Source: Chloroflexota bacterium
GTDB taxonomy: Bacteria; Chloroflexota; Anaerolineae; Aggregatilineales; J027
Length of the DNA stretch: 64,000 bases
Reading direction: 5' to 3'
NCBI GenBank assembly: GCA_013112715.1
Contig: JABFGB010000030.1
Location: 4,126 to 68,125 of the forward strand
This document shows positions 18,990 to 28,774 of the stretch, one piece after another. The notes beneath the pieces were generated by a model. It did not search any database. It was not told the origin of the DNA and saw only the letters and a list, made by a program, of their open reading frames with translations. The position numbers and the translations under genes are program-made. Each line of letters begins with the position of its first letter. The first letter of the stretch is position 1.

Positions 18990-19994
18990 TTATCCCTCAG
19001 GTGCAGAACGGGTAGGCATGAGGATAACCTGCGTCGTCAGTACAGCCCCATTAACTCCCGGATAGGTGATACTTCTTCCATCAGGCGCAATATCAATTGA
19101 AAGCGCCCTCAGTTGTGTATCGAGGAGATAGGGTGTCATTTCGAGTTCACGATTCTGAACCCACACAACGCCATCATTGGTTGATGCTGCGATGATTTCA
19201 TTGTTTAGCTCTACGTCGAACACTACAAAACTACCTGTCTCGACAGTCGTAATCTCATTGGTTAAGTAGTTCCAGAAAAGAAATTTTCCCCTAACGTCTG
19301 GAAATACTACGGTTGTGCTGTCCTCAAGCCAATTAATGTCTTTTACGTAATCTCCAACTTTTAGCGAGTTGATTTGATCGCCAGATGGATAATCCCATAT
19401 ATGGATCATATAATCAAAGCCACCACTGGCAAGTTTGCTGCCATCAGGACTCCATTCCAGAACTGAGATGGTATCGGCGTGGGCCTTTTGGAATGCATCG
19501 AAGTTATCCCAAGAGGACGTGTTCCAAAACAAAATATCTTTACCTGCCGCAGATGCCAACACAGCAAGTTCCGGGTTTGGGTTCCAGTTTAGCGGAATCT
19601 CATTTTCACCCCCTGCGGCACTTACTTGATCCTCAAGGATTTCAAAGTCGGGGATACTTAAAATCAAAACCTGCCCTCTGGTGTTATCGCTCGCTGCCAA
19701 GAACTCGCTATTCGGACTCCAAGCAATTGCGCTAACTTGGCTTCCGTCTCGATGTGTGACCTCATCCCCATCTTTGTCGTATAGCCATAGCCCATTATTA
19801 CGGCCCACCGCCAGATAATCCCCAGATGGACTCCAAGCGATTTCCAATACCATTATTGGCACTTGTTTGGATAAAAGCCCATCATGAGATTCATCTGCCG
19901 TTTCATTTGAGTAAACTTTGCCTGTTAGGGTTATTGCGGATACACAAATGGAAAACAAAATAGCAAGGTAAACTGCCTGTTGCACCGTTTTCAT
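18990..19994 (-). CDS. Secreted WD40-repeat protein
   Basis: N-terminal signal or TM; AWSPSG, AWSPNS, HADTISVLEWSPDGSKLASGGFD...IHIWD. Confidence 0.88.
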   Translation of the reverse strand: MKTVQQAVYLAILFSICVSAITLTGKVYSNETADESHDGLLSKQVPIMVLEIAWSPSGDYLAVGRNNGLWLYDKDGDEVTHRDGSQVSAIAWSPNSEFLAASDNTRGQVLILSIPDFEILEDQVSAAGGENEIPLNWNPNPELAVLASAAGKDILFWNTSSWDNFDAFQKAHADTISVLEWSPDGSKLASGGFDYMIHIWDYPSGDQINSLKVGDYVKDINWLEDSTTVVFPDVRGKFLFWNYLTNEITTVETGSFVVFDVELNNEIIAASTNDGVVWVQNRELEMTPYLLDTQLRALSIDIAPDGRSITYPGVNGAVLTTQVILMPTRSAPEG

Positions 19995-20075
19995 AACAAC
20001 CTTACTTTTTTGAGTCAGAATTGAACCAACCCATCATCAAGATATTCAAGGCAGATGACGGGATTCAATTTGTGA

Positions 20076-20122
20076 GATTATACCGCAGGTTGGGCGGGGG
20101 AGGTTCAAATGAGTGGGCAGGT
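20076..20122. repeat. 47-bp direct repeat, copy 2
   Basis: 45/47 identical to copy 1. Confidence 0.9.
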
Positions 20123-20215
20123 GGGTGTAATGGCCCTCGACATCGTAGATGAAAACGTATAGGTACAAAAAGGCGTTATCCCTCATTGTAGGGAAGTAGA
20201 TTGATGACTGGATTT

Positions 20216-20839
20216 CTATAGTACGATATGTATATCTTTGTTTGAGAAAAGAATGGCAACTCTATCGCCCGGCAAAAATTCTTTGTGAACTGACGTCACG
20301 TATCTACCCTCAATCTGTTGATCCATTGAAGGCAATATGAATTTATAGAAAATTGCCTGACTTTGCTCATTTAGCTTTTCGACTCGCGCAATTTCACCGA
20401 ATGCCAGTTTGCCCATTTTGGCAAGCGTATCGTAGGCTTCAGCCGTGCTCATCGCGTATTTTGCCAATAAGTAAATGTGCAGCATATATCTATAGCCGAC
20501 CATGATTCCGACGATTCCGGCAAATAGCAATACAACCATCATGCTGATATCTGAAATATGTTCTTTCCAATGCGGTAGTAAATCGATAATTGTGCCTAAT
20601 GACGCGACAATTGACACTCCCCCGGCAACTAATCCAAATAAACCAATTGTGAGGCCTCCTATCATCACAAAACTATTACAGCCACCGAGTGCCGAGGCGG
20701 GTACACCGAGTTTGAGGCGCAAATTGTAATAAACCTCACGCCGTCTATCCAATCCCCCCGGCTTTCGTTGTATAAAATGCTTGTTTCTTCCACTTATAAG
20801 ATTCACATGCTGAGTTTCTTTAGAACGATTGAATATCAT
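20216..20839 (-). CDS. Hypothetical membrane protein (2 TM)
   Basis: 207-aa low-GC ORF with two hydrophobic helices; ggag RBS. Confidence 0.7.
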   Translation of the reverse strand: MIFNRSKETQHVNLISGRNKHFIQRKPGGLDRRREVYYNLRLKLGVPASALGGCNSFVMIGGLTIGLFGLVAGGVSIVASLGTIIDLLPHWKEHISDISMMVVLLFAGIVGIMVGYRYMLHIYLLAKYAMSTAEAYDTLAKMGKLAFGEIARVEKLNEQSQAIFYKFILPSMDQQIEGRYVTSVHKEFLPGDRVAILFSNKDIHIVL

Positions 20840-21019
20840 ATAACCTGATCTCCAAAGAACATGCCTGATCTTTTAGGTTGTCCGCCGAGGCACGTCGTCA
20901 AAATGTGAGGTACACAGGCGACCAGATTGATCGAGAAACCTGCCCTAAAGCGCTTCCAATCGGCAGATTATCGCAGCGCGAGAGTTGGATACCCCGTGCC
21001 CTCCGAAAGAGTGTTAGAA

Positions 21020-21053
21020 ATTATATCGCAGGTGGGGCGGGGGAGGTTCAAAT
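21020..21053. repeat. Direct repeat, copy 3 (34-bp core)
   Basis: 33/34 identical to 18942-18975. Confidence 0.85.
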
Positions 21054-21107
21054 AGGGCAAATCGAGAAAGTTTTGTTCTTGTATTGTCTAGCTGTAACTT
21101 ATGGGCG

Positions 21108-21140
21108 AAAAACAAGTAGCCCAAAAGCGAGGGGCTACCA
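21108..21140 (-). terminator. Probable terminator of the DUF6941-hicAB operon
   Basis: Minus strand gtagccc-ctcgctttt-gggctac followed by ttgttttt. Confidence 0.55.
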
Positions 21141-21174
21141 TCAAGAGCCTTTACCCGATAATCTCATAACTAAC

Positions 21175-21552
21175 TTAGAGGCTTGTAGTCGCTTTGTCCT
21201 CTAATAGTTCCAAGAAAGAATGACTTGACTCATCCACAATTGAAATCATGCCTTCTGCAAAGCTAAATGTGCTTGTCTGGACATTTATGGTCATTTCTCT
21301 ATCTAATGCTTGACTAGCAGGTTCTGGGACGCTTAACCCATCCTCAAGCAGAAAATAGATATAGTCAATTCGGGCATTCGCCAAATTAGCCTTTGCTTCT
21401 TCAGGCGTCTCCCCGTCAGATTTACAACCCGGCAACTCAGGGTTATATGCAACAAATACATAGCTACCATCGCTCAATTCTTCGCGTGATGTGAGCGTTG
21501 TATATCTGCGTTGGGCCAGTTGTTCGGCCTGCTGTAGAAGTGCGTTATTCAT
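21175..21552 (-). CDS. hicB: HicB family antitoxin
   Basis: VAYNPELPGCKSDGETPEEAKANL...GLSVPEP. Confidence 0.9.
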   Translation of the reverse strand: MNNALLQQAEQLAQRRYTTLTSREELSDGSYVFVAYNPELPGCKSDGETPEEAKANLANARIDYIYFLLEDGLSVPEPASQALDREMTINVQTSTFSFAEGMISIVDESSHSFLELLEDKATTSL

Positions 21553-21814
21553 CAGAATCCTCGTTTGTTTCCAATTCTAGCAGTATTTCAATGATTTTTA
21601 GCGTCTCACTTGCATATGATTTTGGCAATTCTTTGGCGTGTCTAGGCAGAGTGTATCTGAGTTGTGGATAATCTGGATGTTTCACTATATCGTGACTTTT
21701 ACCTGCTACAACGGTAAAACCGAAACTCTCATATAACTCTTTTAGTTCTTTGGCGTGCCATCCCGCTTTGCTTCGTCGGAGTTTTTCTAATAGCTTCTCC
21801 CCCTTGGTTGGCAT
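21545..21814 (-). CDS. hicA: HicA family toxin
   Basis: LYESFGF...GKSHDIVKHP...TLPRH; 8-bp overlap with hicB. Confidence 0.85.
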   Translation of the reverse strand: MPTKGEKLLEKLRRSKAGWHAKELKELYESFGFTVVAGKSHDIVKHPDYPQLRYTLPRHAKELPKSYASETLKIIEILLELETNEDSDE

Positions 21815-21818
21815 GATT

Positions 21819-22238
21819 TCAAGCCTCGTCTCGTGGGGGAAGCTCTTTTACTTCTATTTTTGCGACTGCTTTGTAATCTTTATCAACAAAAAGCCTTAGC
21901 TCGTAACTGCCGGGCCTTTCAAATGGAAAATCTCGTAAGGCTGTTATAAAGTTCATTTCTGAAGTTTGCCCAAATTTCGGAGATGGCACATTAAATGGGC
22001 GATCAACCGACATTAGCTGCTTTCCATCGGGATCAAACAACTTGTAGACAAGATTTCTATCTTCGCCAAACTCGCCCCAATCAAAGACAACCTTTGTCAC
22101 TATATATAGTTGTGGATGGATAGCCGGAAAGGTCTTCGCAAAAATGCTATCGAAGATGCCAAGAATATTTAGTTTTCCGCTGTTATCTATATTTGCGAAA
22201 TCTGCGGTCAAGAATACCTTGATTTCCAATTTGTGCAT
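21819..22238 (-). CDS. DUF6941-like protein
   Basis: LTADFANIDNSGKLNILGIFD.I.A..FP..H, C-terminal F.RPG.Y...L. Confidence 0.75.
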   Translation of the reverse strand: MHKLEIKVFLTADFANIDNSGKLNILGIFDSIFAKTFPAIHPQLYIVTKVVFDWGEFGEDRNLVYKLFDPDGKQLMSVDRPFNVPSPKFGQTSEMNFITALRDFPFERPGSYELRLFVDKDYKAVAKIEVKELPPRDEA

Positions 22239-22484
22239 CCTGTGTATATGTTTTAACTATTAAAGTGCTTCCATATCTTACCACACAAGGTATGGAATTT
22301 ATCTTATTATAATCTATACTCGTCATCGGACTCTTTCACTTGCTCTTGTCGCCCGACTCATACGACATATGGTTAGAGAGACTGACGTCGCGTATAACTG
22401 AAACCCTGTACACTCAAAAATCGAATGTGCGATAATAACGCAGTGGAGGGAGGGGGATTATTCCATACGGAGGGGCAACGAACT

Positions 22485-23315
22485 ATGAGCTTTACGCAAG
22501 ACGACATCACGCGCAGTGGGTATAGACTGCCAACAGCGCCGCCGGATTCGTGGCGCACCTATGATGAACGGAATCCAATCCCCGGCTACTTCGAATTTGA
22601 TTGGTTGAGCAGCCGCCACCCCGATCTGTATCACCAATTCGCCTTATCCACCGTCGGTCTGATGAATAAACTGCACACGCTCTTTGACCTGACGGGGTGT
22701 GATGTCGTGGATATTGGGGCAGGCACAGGCCGATCCGCGATGGAGGCAGCAAAAAAGGCCAAGCGGGTGTTTGCCGTTGACCTCTATGAATCGGTGGTAG
22801 CGTTTGGCAGAAACGCACTCCAAAAAATCGGCGTGACCAATGTCCATTATGTAATCGGAGATCGGGAACATTTGCCATTGGCGGAAAACAGCGTGGACGT
22901 GGCGATTAACGCTTGGGCGGAGCTAAATCCACACGAGGCGTATCGCGTCATAAAACCGAATGGGTATCTCATTCAAATGGGGGCTACTCTGGAGGCGTTA
23001 TGTGGCGAAATCACCGCCGAACTCGCCCCCGATTACGAATGGATTCCCCAAGTAGTTGCGCCCGCCGAAGTCTATGCCCCAGACTATCCCGACGCGCATT
23101 GTACGGCGGACAACTCGATTTGGGGCGGTATCCCGGTGAATGGCCCAATCCATGTCCATCAGTTTACCTATGTGGCGGACTATGGCGATTACACCGAATT
23201 GGCCGCTATCACCGGACGGCTGTATGGCTCAAAAGCGAAATGTTATTTTTTGACCAAGCAGCAGGCCACCTTTGCATGGCGCTTACAGTTGATGATTGGG
23301 CAGGTCAGCAAATAG
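22485..23315 (+). CDS. Class I SAM-dependent methyltransferase
   Basis: VVDIGAGTG, AVD, GD.EHLPL.ENSVD. Confidence 0.9.
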   Translation: MSFTQDDITRSGYRLPTAPPDSWRTYDERNPIPGYFEFDWLSSRHPDLYHQFALSTVGLMNKLHTLFDLTGCDVVDIGAGTGRSAMEAAKKAKRVFAVDLYESVVAFGRNALQKIGVTNVHYVIGDREHLPLAENSVDVAINAWAELNPHEAYRVIKPNGYLIQMGATLEALCGEITAELAPDYEWIPQVVAPAEVYAPDYPDAHCTADNSIWGGIPVNGPIHVHQFTYVADYGDYTELAAITGRLYGSKAKCYFLTKQQATFAWRLQLMIGQVSK

Positions 23316-23338
23316 GCCAGCCCGATCATGGCTGCCCA

Positions 23339-23575
23339 TTAGGATTCCCACGCGGGATACCAGTCGTCACTTTCGCGTAGGGCTTCGTGGACTCTGGTCG
23401 AAGCGACCCGCACAAAACGCCATAGAGCCTTGCCGCCTGTTTGGGGATGCGAGGGGAAATTTTCGCCTGCATAAAACATCAAGACCACATCGGCCTCACT
23501 GTCACGCGGTTCAACATCATTACGATTGCCCAACAGCTGATATTGGCCCGTCTCTGGCACGAACTCGCCGGACAT
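23339..23575 (-). CDS. Small hypothetical protein (YjzC-like GE..PE.G.Y start)
   Basis: MSGEFVPETGQY...; start at 23575. Confidence 0.5.
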   Translation of the reverse strand: MSGEFVPETGQYQLLGNRNDVEPRDSEADVVLMFYAGENFPSHPQTGGKALWRFVRVASTRVHEALRESDDWYPAWES

Positions 23576-23827
23576 AAAGATGCCACCTAAGGTTTCCATT
23601 GGATGCAACCTCTCTGTCGTTGGTCATTCCCCAATAGTCTACAAAAAGGTGGGCATCAACTAGAGGGTCGGTTGGACTGGCTTGGCATGGGTCAGGTGGC
23701 GCATATTTTGGATGATTTGAAAATCGGATGGGCGATTGACCGTAGGCAGTGGGGTGGCGGGTTCGATAGATAGTATAAGGTTGTGGTAAACTGAGGGGCA
23801 GCGAATTCTGATGAGGAATAGTGCGCG

Positions 23828-24055
23828 ATGATGGATTACAGCCACCTGATTACTCTTGAACCGGGCAAGCGATCTGGCAAACCGTGTATTCGAGGTTTGC
23901 GGATTACCGTTTATGACGTGCTTTCCTACCTTGCCAGCGGAATGACGATTGATGAAGTCCTAAGCGATTTTCCTAGCCTGACCCGCGAGGATATTTTGGC
24001 CTGCCTGAGCTACGCTGCTGATCGGGAACGACATACGCTGATCGTCAGATCATGA
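23828..24055 (+). CDS. DUF433 antitoxin
   Basis: GKRSGKPCIRGLRITVYDVL..LASGM; ATGA overlap with DUF5615. Confidence 0.92.
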   Translation: MMDYSHLITLEPGKRSGKPCIRGLRITVYDVLSYLASGMTIDEVLSDFPSLTREDILACLSYAADRERHTLIVRS

Positions 24056-24384
24056 AACTGCTGCTCGACCATAATTTGTCACCGAAATTGGTGACGCGAC
24101 TGGCAGAATTGTATCCAGAATCTAACCATGTGGCGATGCTTGGATTAGATACGGCTTCTGATGTCGAAGTCTGGCGGCACGCTCTAGATCAAGGTTATTG
24201 TCTGGTCACAAAGGATTCGGACTTTAACGAACTGCTCACCGCTAAAGGGTTTCCACCAAAAGTCATTTGGATTCGTTTAGGCAACTGTACAACCAGCGCC
24301 ATCGAAAATCTGCTCCATAAACATCTCAAAACCATTCTTGAATTTGCAGAAGATACTTCAGTTGGGTTGTTGGAACTCCAGTAA
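24052..24384 (+). CDS. DUF5615 PIN-like toxin
   Basis: MKLLLDHNL...SD.EVW..A...LVTKDSDF...PPKVIWIR.GN. Confidence 0.92.
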   Translation: MKLLLDHNLSPKLVTRLAELYPESNHVAMLGLDTASDVEVWRHALDQGYCLVTKDSDFNELLTAKGFPPKVIWIRLGNCTTSAIENLLHKHLKTILEFAEDTSVGLLELQ

Positions 24385-24429
24385 TAGACTTTTTCTCAAT
24401 AATATTGCTGATGAGCGGGGAAAGTCAGC

Positions 24430-24798
24430 GTGCGCCAGCGATTTTTGATTGATACCGTCGAAGCCTTTCCGATGGGGCAGGGGGTTGCCGTCACGGTCAA
24501 TGGCAAATCGCTGCTGATTATCCATACCGCCGCCGCCGGGTTTTTTGCGGTACTCAATCACTGTCCGCATATGGGGTTACGTTTGGATAATGGGACGGTG
24601 GTCGGGAAGGTGCTGGTGTGTTTGTGGCATGGCGCACAATTTGATTTATCAACGGGGGCCTGTTTGCGCTGGGCCGCCAATGAACCACCCCCCGAAGCGA
24701 TTGGCGAAACCCGCCGCCCCTTAATCACGTTTCCCGTCATCGTCGAGGATGGGCAGGTGTTTGTGGAGATGGAGGCTGTGGCATCGGAATCGGAATAG
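24430..24798 (+). CDS. Rieske (2Fe-2S) ferredoxin
   Basis: CPH...CLWHGAQF; GTG start. Confidence 0.9.
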   Translation: MRQRFLIDTVEAFPMGQGVAVTVNGKSLLIIHTAAAGFFAVLNHCPHMGLRLDNGTVVGKVLVCLWHGAQFDLSTGACLRWAANEPPPEAIGETRRPLITFPVIVEDGQVFVEMEAVASESE

Positions 24799-24860
24799 AC
24801 AGGCCGGTCATCTGATATTGGTACATCTGAAACGCCTATAGACGTAAAGCCGGATTTTCT
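24790..24860 (-). pseudogene. Diverged duplicate of the 3' end of the GNAT gene at 25520-25999
   Basis: Reads ENPALRL*AFQMYQYQMT versus NNPARHLYEQTGFQMYQYQMS; exact 22-bp repeat at 24808-24829 and 25540-25561. Confidence 0.7.
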
Positions 24861-25254
24861 ACCAAATGATTTGCAACCCAGCGAGTCGAATTCTTCCATC
24901 ACGGCTAATGAGTGGGAGATTAAGATGAAGTGCTGTTGCGGCGATAATACGGTCTGACATATCCGGGATTTTGACCACATCTACTTTGGAGAGCGTCCGC
25001 GAAATCGCTAGGGTCAATGGAATTTCGACAAATGTTTGGACTTCGAGAATATGGGCCGTCCGACTGAGGGTTTCTGCGGGGATTCGGCCTTTTTCAATGA
25101 GGTAGACCAGTTCAACAAAGGTAATGGCAGCTAACCCAATAGATTCACCACGTTGGGCTGCTGCTGAGATAAACCTCTGAGCCGTAACAGATAGACGAGG
25201 GCTACCCGTGAGATACCAAATCAAAATATGCGTATCGGCGACTCCGGCAATCAT
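24859..25254 (-). CDS. vapC: VapC-like PIN toxin
   Basis: VADTHILIWY, ITFVEL, DMSDRIIAATA, LISRD. Confidence 0.9.
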   Translation of the reverse strand: MIAGVADTHILIWYLTGSPRLSVTAQRFISAAAQRGESIGLAAITFVELVYLIEKGRIPAETLSRTAHILEVQTFVEIPLTLAISRTLSKVDVVKIPDMSDRIIAATALHLNLPLISRDGRIRLAGLQIIW

Positions 25255-25493
25255 TCAAACATATCCTCGCGGGGGAAATTTGCCCAAACGTCGCGGCGCA
25301 CGGCATCAATATCCTCTTCGGAAATGTCGAAACCCAAATCGGCCCAACTACCATAGAGGTCGGGCAGCGGTTTTCGCGTCTGCCCCTGTAGATTCTGCCC
25401 CATTGCATTGACGATACGGCTCACCAATTTAGCTTGATCTTCCGGCGACAATTGCAGGGCTTCATGCACCAATTCCTCAAAAGTAACAGTCAT
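25251..25493 (-). CDS. Antitoxin of the PIN toxin
   Basis: 80 aa, ATGA overlap, LYGSWADL...SEEDID..R. Confidence 0.8.
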   Translation of the reverse strand: MTVTFEELVHEALQLSPEDQAKLVSRIVNAMGQNLQGQTRKPLPDLYGSWADLGFDISEEDIDAVRRDVWANFPREDMFE

Positions 25494-25519
25494 TGTGGTC
25501 TGCCTCCTTTTCTATGATT

Positions 25520-25999
25520 TTACAATATTATTGGACGGCTCATCTGATATTGGTACATCTGGAACCCCGTCTGTTCATACAGATGGCGGGCCGGGTTATT
25601 GACCAAGACATTCAATTCCGCCAGATCACAGCCATGTTCCCGTCCCCACGCTAGCGCGGATTCCATCAACTGCTGCCCAATCCCCTGACGGCGAACGCTT
25701 TCATCCACATAGATGCCATGAATGTGCAGAATCCAACGCGGCTCGAACACGCCGCCCATTTCAATAATAGACGCCTCCGTCACGCCCACGATACCATCAT
25801 CCAATGCGGCCACCTGATAACAGAAGGTGTCGCGGGCAAGGCGTTCGCGGATACGGGTCTGAAACAAATCTACCACCGTTGCGAAAGGGGCGGCACGAAA
25901 GCCTCCCATCTGTTCCATTGCCTGCACCATCGCGGCGAGGCGTTGGGCAACGGCAGGTATATCATCAGGGGTGGCAGGTCGGATGAGCAGGTCGGGCAT
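25520..25999 (-). CDS. GNAT family N-acetyltransferase
   Basis: IHGIYVDESVRRQGIG, NNPARHLYEQTGF. Confidence 0.9.
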   Translation of the reverse strand: MPDLLIRPATPDDIPAVAQRLAAMVQAMEQMGGFRAAPFATVVDLFQTRIRERLARDTFCYQVAALDDGIVGVTEASIIEMGGVFEPRWILHIHGIYVDESVRRQGIGQQLMESALAWGREHGCDLAELNVLVNNPARHLYEQTGFQMYQYQMSRPIIL

Positions 26000-26120
26000 T
26001 CATCTATCTCCATGAAATTGATGCGTCCAATTTCCGGCTGATTATAGCGTCACATTCATTTGCCCGTATCCGCCACTTTTGATAGCATGGACTCAATACT
26101 CACCTTTTCCTGCAAAGAGG

Positions 26121-26636
26121 CTGATGATGCTGGATACTGACCTCGCCCACGTATTCGGATTTGATCAAGACGACCTAACCCACAATCAGCAGGGGCGGCT
26201 CTCCCCCAAACAAAGCCGATTCCTCAAGAATGCCAGTAAGTCCTGTATGGTGTTTTCCGGCGGGTTCACCCTCGTGATGTTGGTGCTAAGTGTCATCATC
26301 GTGGGACTCGGCGCGGATGTGGAGACGGCCATGCCGCTCATCGCGTTTACGATGGTGGGGGCGGGTTTTCTAGTCTGGGCATGGAGCAGTCGCTATGAGG
26401 TCTATTTAATACAACACGCCGAGGGCACAGCCCAACTGCGCACGGATCGGATTGAAGGGGCACAAACGCGCCATGTGCTGAATGTGGATGGGTACGAGTT
26501 CACGATTAATGGGGTGCAATATCATGCGCTCAATCAAGGGGCTGCCTATAAAGTGCATTATGCCATGCTGAAAAAATATCAGCCGTACCCCAAAACCAGC
26601 CCCAAACTGATTGTGTCTATTGAGCATCACGGATAA
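26121..26636 (+). CDS. Hypothetical membrane protein (2 TM)
   Basis: N.QGRLS..Q motif, two helices; start uncertain (26079, 26121 or 26124). Confidence 0.65.
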   Translation: MMMLDTDLAHVFGFDQDDLTHNQQGRLSPKQSRFLKNASKSCMVFSGGFTLVMLVLSVIIVGLGADVETAMPLIAFTMVGAGFLVWAWSSRYEVYLIQHAEGTAQLRTDRIEGAQTRHVLNVDGYEFTINGVQYHALNQGAAYKVHYAMLKKYQPYPKTSPKLIVSIEHHG

Positions 26637-26748
26637 AGCGTCGGCAAGGCCCACCAATCATTTGGCTCTTATAGAAAATCTGTTCTTGAACATTTGCCGC
26701 CGAATGCCTATAATCAGCCTAAATCATAGCCAATTCGGAGGATGCCCC

Positions 26749-27021
26749 ATGTGCCGCAACATCAAAACCCTCTACAACTTTGAGCCACCTGTAACCGAGG
26801 ACGAAATCCACGCCGCCGCCCTGCAATATGTCCGCAAAATCACGGGCTTTAACAAACCCTCCAAAACCAACGAGGTCGCGTTTAACACTGCCGTTGCCGC
26901 GATTGCTGGCCTCTCGCGTGAACTCTTGGCCTCACTGGAAACAAACGCCCCGCCGAAAAATCGAGAAATCGAAGCCGCCAAAGCCCGCATCCGTGCCGCC
27001 GAACGTTTTGGCAGTTCCTAA
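26749..27021 (+). CDS. DUF2277 family protein
   Basis: MCRNIKTL.NFEPP.T..EI.AAALQYVRK..G. Confidence 0.9.
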   Translation: MCRNIKTLYNFEPPVTEDEIHAAALQYVRKITGFNKPSKTNEVAFNTAVAAIAGLSRELLASLETNAPPKNREIEAAKARIRAAERFGSS

Positions 27022-27087
27022 TGTCCGACAGCACTAGCAACACCATGTTGGGCAGTAATCTTGTTCATACGATGCAAGGAGGCCGCG

Positions 27088-27435
27088 ATGGAGTATAGCC
27101 TCGTCAACAAACATGAACTGCCGCATTATGGCGATACTTATGAACTGGAGGGCTATCAGTACCCAAGTACCAATGTATGCCTCATTTTGGTAGATATGCG
27201 TCCGGGTGAAGGCCCACGCCTCCATTCACATCCGTATGAAGAAGTTTTTGTGGTACAGGAAGGCGAAGCGACTTTTACCGTCGGTTCAAACACGTTAGCC
27301 GTCACCGCAGGCCAGATTGTAATTGTGCCACCACATGTCCCCCACAAATTTGTCAATTCTGGTACCACGCGCCTAAGACAACTGGACATCCATGTTAGCC
27401 CGCGCTTCATCACCGACTGGCTGGAAGACAGATAG
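27088..27435 (+). CDS. Cupin domain protein
   Basis: GPRLHSHPYEEVF.V.EG...VPPHVPHKF; aggagg RBS. Confidence 0.92.
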   Translation: MEYSLVNKHELPHYGDTYELEGYQYPSTNVCLILVDMRPGEGPRLHSHPYEEVFVVQEGEATFTVGSNTLAVTAGQIVIVPPHVPHKFVNSGTTRLRQLDIHVSPRFITDWLEDR

Positions 27436-27576
27436 GCGTTTCGTCACGGCCCAACACGCATTCATACCCAGTTGCATCTTCAATACCCTAATTGGCCCCG
27501 AACCCCCAACAATCAGGAGGTGAGTCGGGCAGTTGGCGGGTCTATAATCTTTATTGGGGAACCTTACTAAAAGCTG

Positions 27577-28153
27577 GATGATGATGAATGCAAATAATTG
27601 GCCTTTGCATGAAATGGAGCGTGAGGTATATACCGTACCTTACTCACTCGATGAATGTCAAGCACGCTTGGAACAATTGGATGAACCCGAACCGCGCCCC
27701 CGTTATTTCGTGAGGTACGAATTCACCCATTCGCGCACCAAAGTTGTCAAATTGATCGAGCATAGCCCTACTTCACAAGATGTGGTCTATTGCTTACAGC
27801 GAAGAAGGCTTTTCGAGCACTCAGGGTCTCCTCGGGATGTCTATGCTGAGATGAATGTCGCCCTAGAACCACTCTCCGCCACAACCCTAGTCATACTCTA
27901 CTCGTCGCGTCGCATGACTAAGGCTCAAAAAAGTATGCTTGCCTCCTCAACGGCGATTATACTGACTTTCCCAATCATTTTTGGACTGTCTAGCTCAGAA
28001 CGGATTGCGGCTGTGGGGGTTGGTTTCCTGTTTATTTTGCCAGTGATTGCCATCCTACTTGCAGAAGTTTCTTTTCATTTTTGGCGACAGAAAAAGAAAT
28101 TGCGTCGCCAAATCACGAAGGCGCTGACGCTCGAACCCCATATGAAGGAATGA
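27577..28153 (+). CDS. Hypothetical membrane protein
   Basis: YSLDECQARL motif, two C-terminal helices; start approximate. Confidence 0.65.
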
Positions 28154-28689
28154 CCGCTATGAACGGTAATCAGTGGTCGGCAGATAACACCCAATCGAAT
28201 ACCTATCTCTTCGCGTATTCAATGGACGAATGCCAGCGACGCCTGCAATCCATAAATGAATCCAACGGTGAGCGCACCGAGCAAATACCCTTTTGGCTGA
28301 CCGAGGCGACCACCCGTGTCATCCCAATGGCGACACCCGGCGACCACCGGGCATATCGCGTGGCGCGGACGGGTGAGGCCGAAACAACCGTGCTGATGTA
28401 TCCAGCCGATGGGTTCACCCGCGTCTACGTCGCCCCGCCAAGCCAACCCCTGCGTGGAGTGATCTGGTATTTCAGGTGGGTCGTGCGATTGGGTATCGTG
28501 TTATTATTTCCGCTGGCCTATTCCCCAACACGCACCATCTATTTGATGCAGGCCGGGATAATTTTGGGGGTGGGCGCTGCTTTCATGATTCTCAATGCCT
28601 TGCTGCGTCGCCATCAGCGTCATTACTTACTCCGGCAAATCAAGGCCGCGCTGGGCCTCGACGAATCGTATGAGGATAAATCGGCATGA
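28150..28689 (+). CDS. Hypothetical membrane protein, paralogue of the preceding gene
   Basis: YSMDECQRRL motif, same layout; ATGA overlap. Confidence 0.65.
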   Translation: MTAMNGNQWSADNTQSNTYLFAYSMDECQRRLQSINESNGERTEQIPFWLTEATTRVIPMATPGDHRAYRVARTGEAETTVLMYPADGFTRVYVAPPSQPLRGVIWYFRWVVRLGIVLLFPLAYSPTRTIYLMQAGIILGVGAAFMILNALLRRHQRHYLLRQIKAALGLDESYEDKSA

Positions 28690-28774
28690 ACGCGACAATC
28701 ATCTTGCGGTAGAATTCCGTCCCCATGCAATCAAGCCAAAATAAACAGAGATTTGGATGGGGTGTCTCGTTTTT

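Noticed and set aside
18941-21062. CRISPR array or integron attC sites
   Set aside because: Spacing is about 1 kb with whole genes between repeats, there is no RYYYAAC/GTTRRRY dyad, and no cas or intI gene is present.
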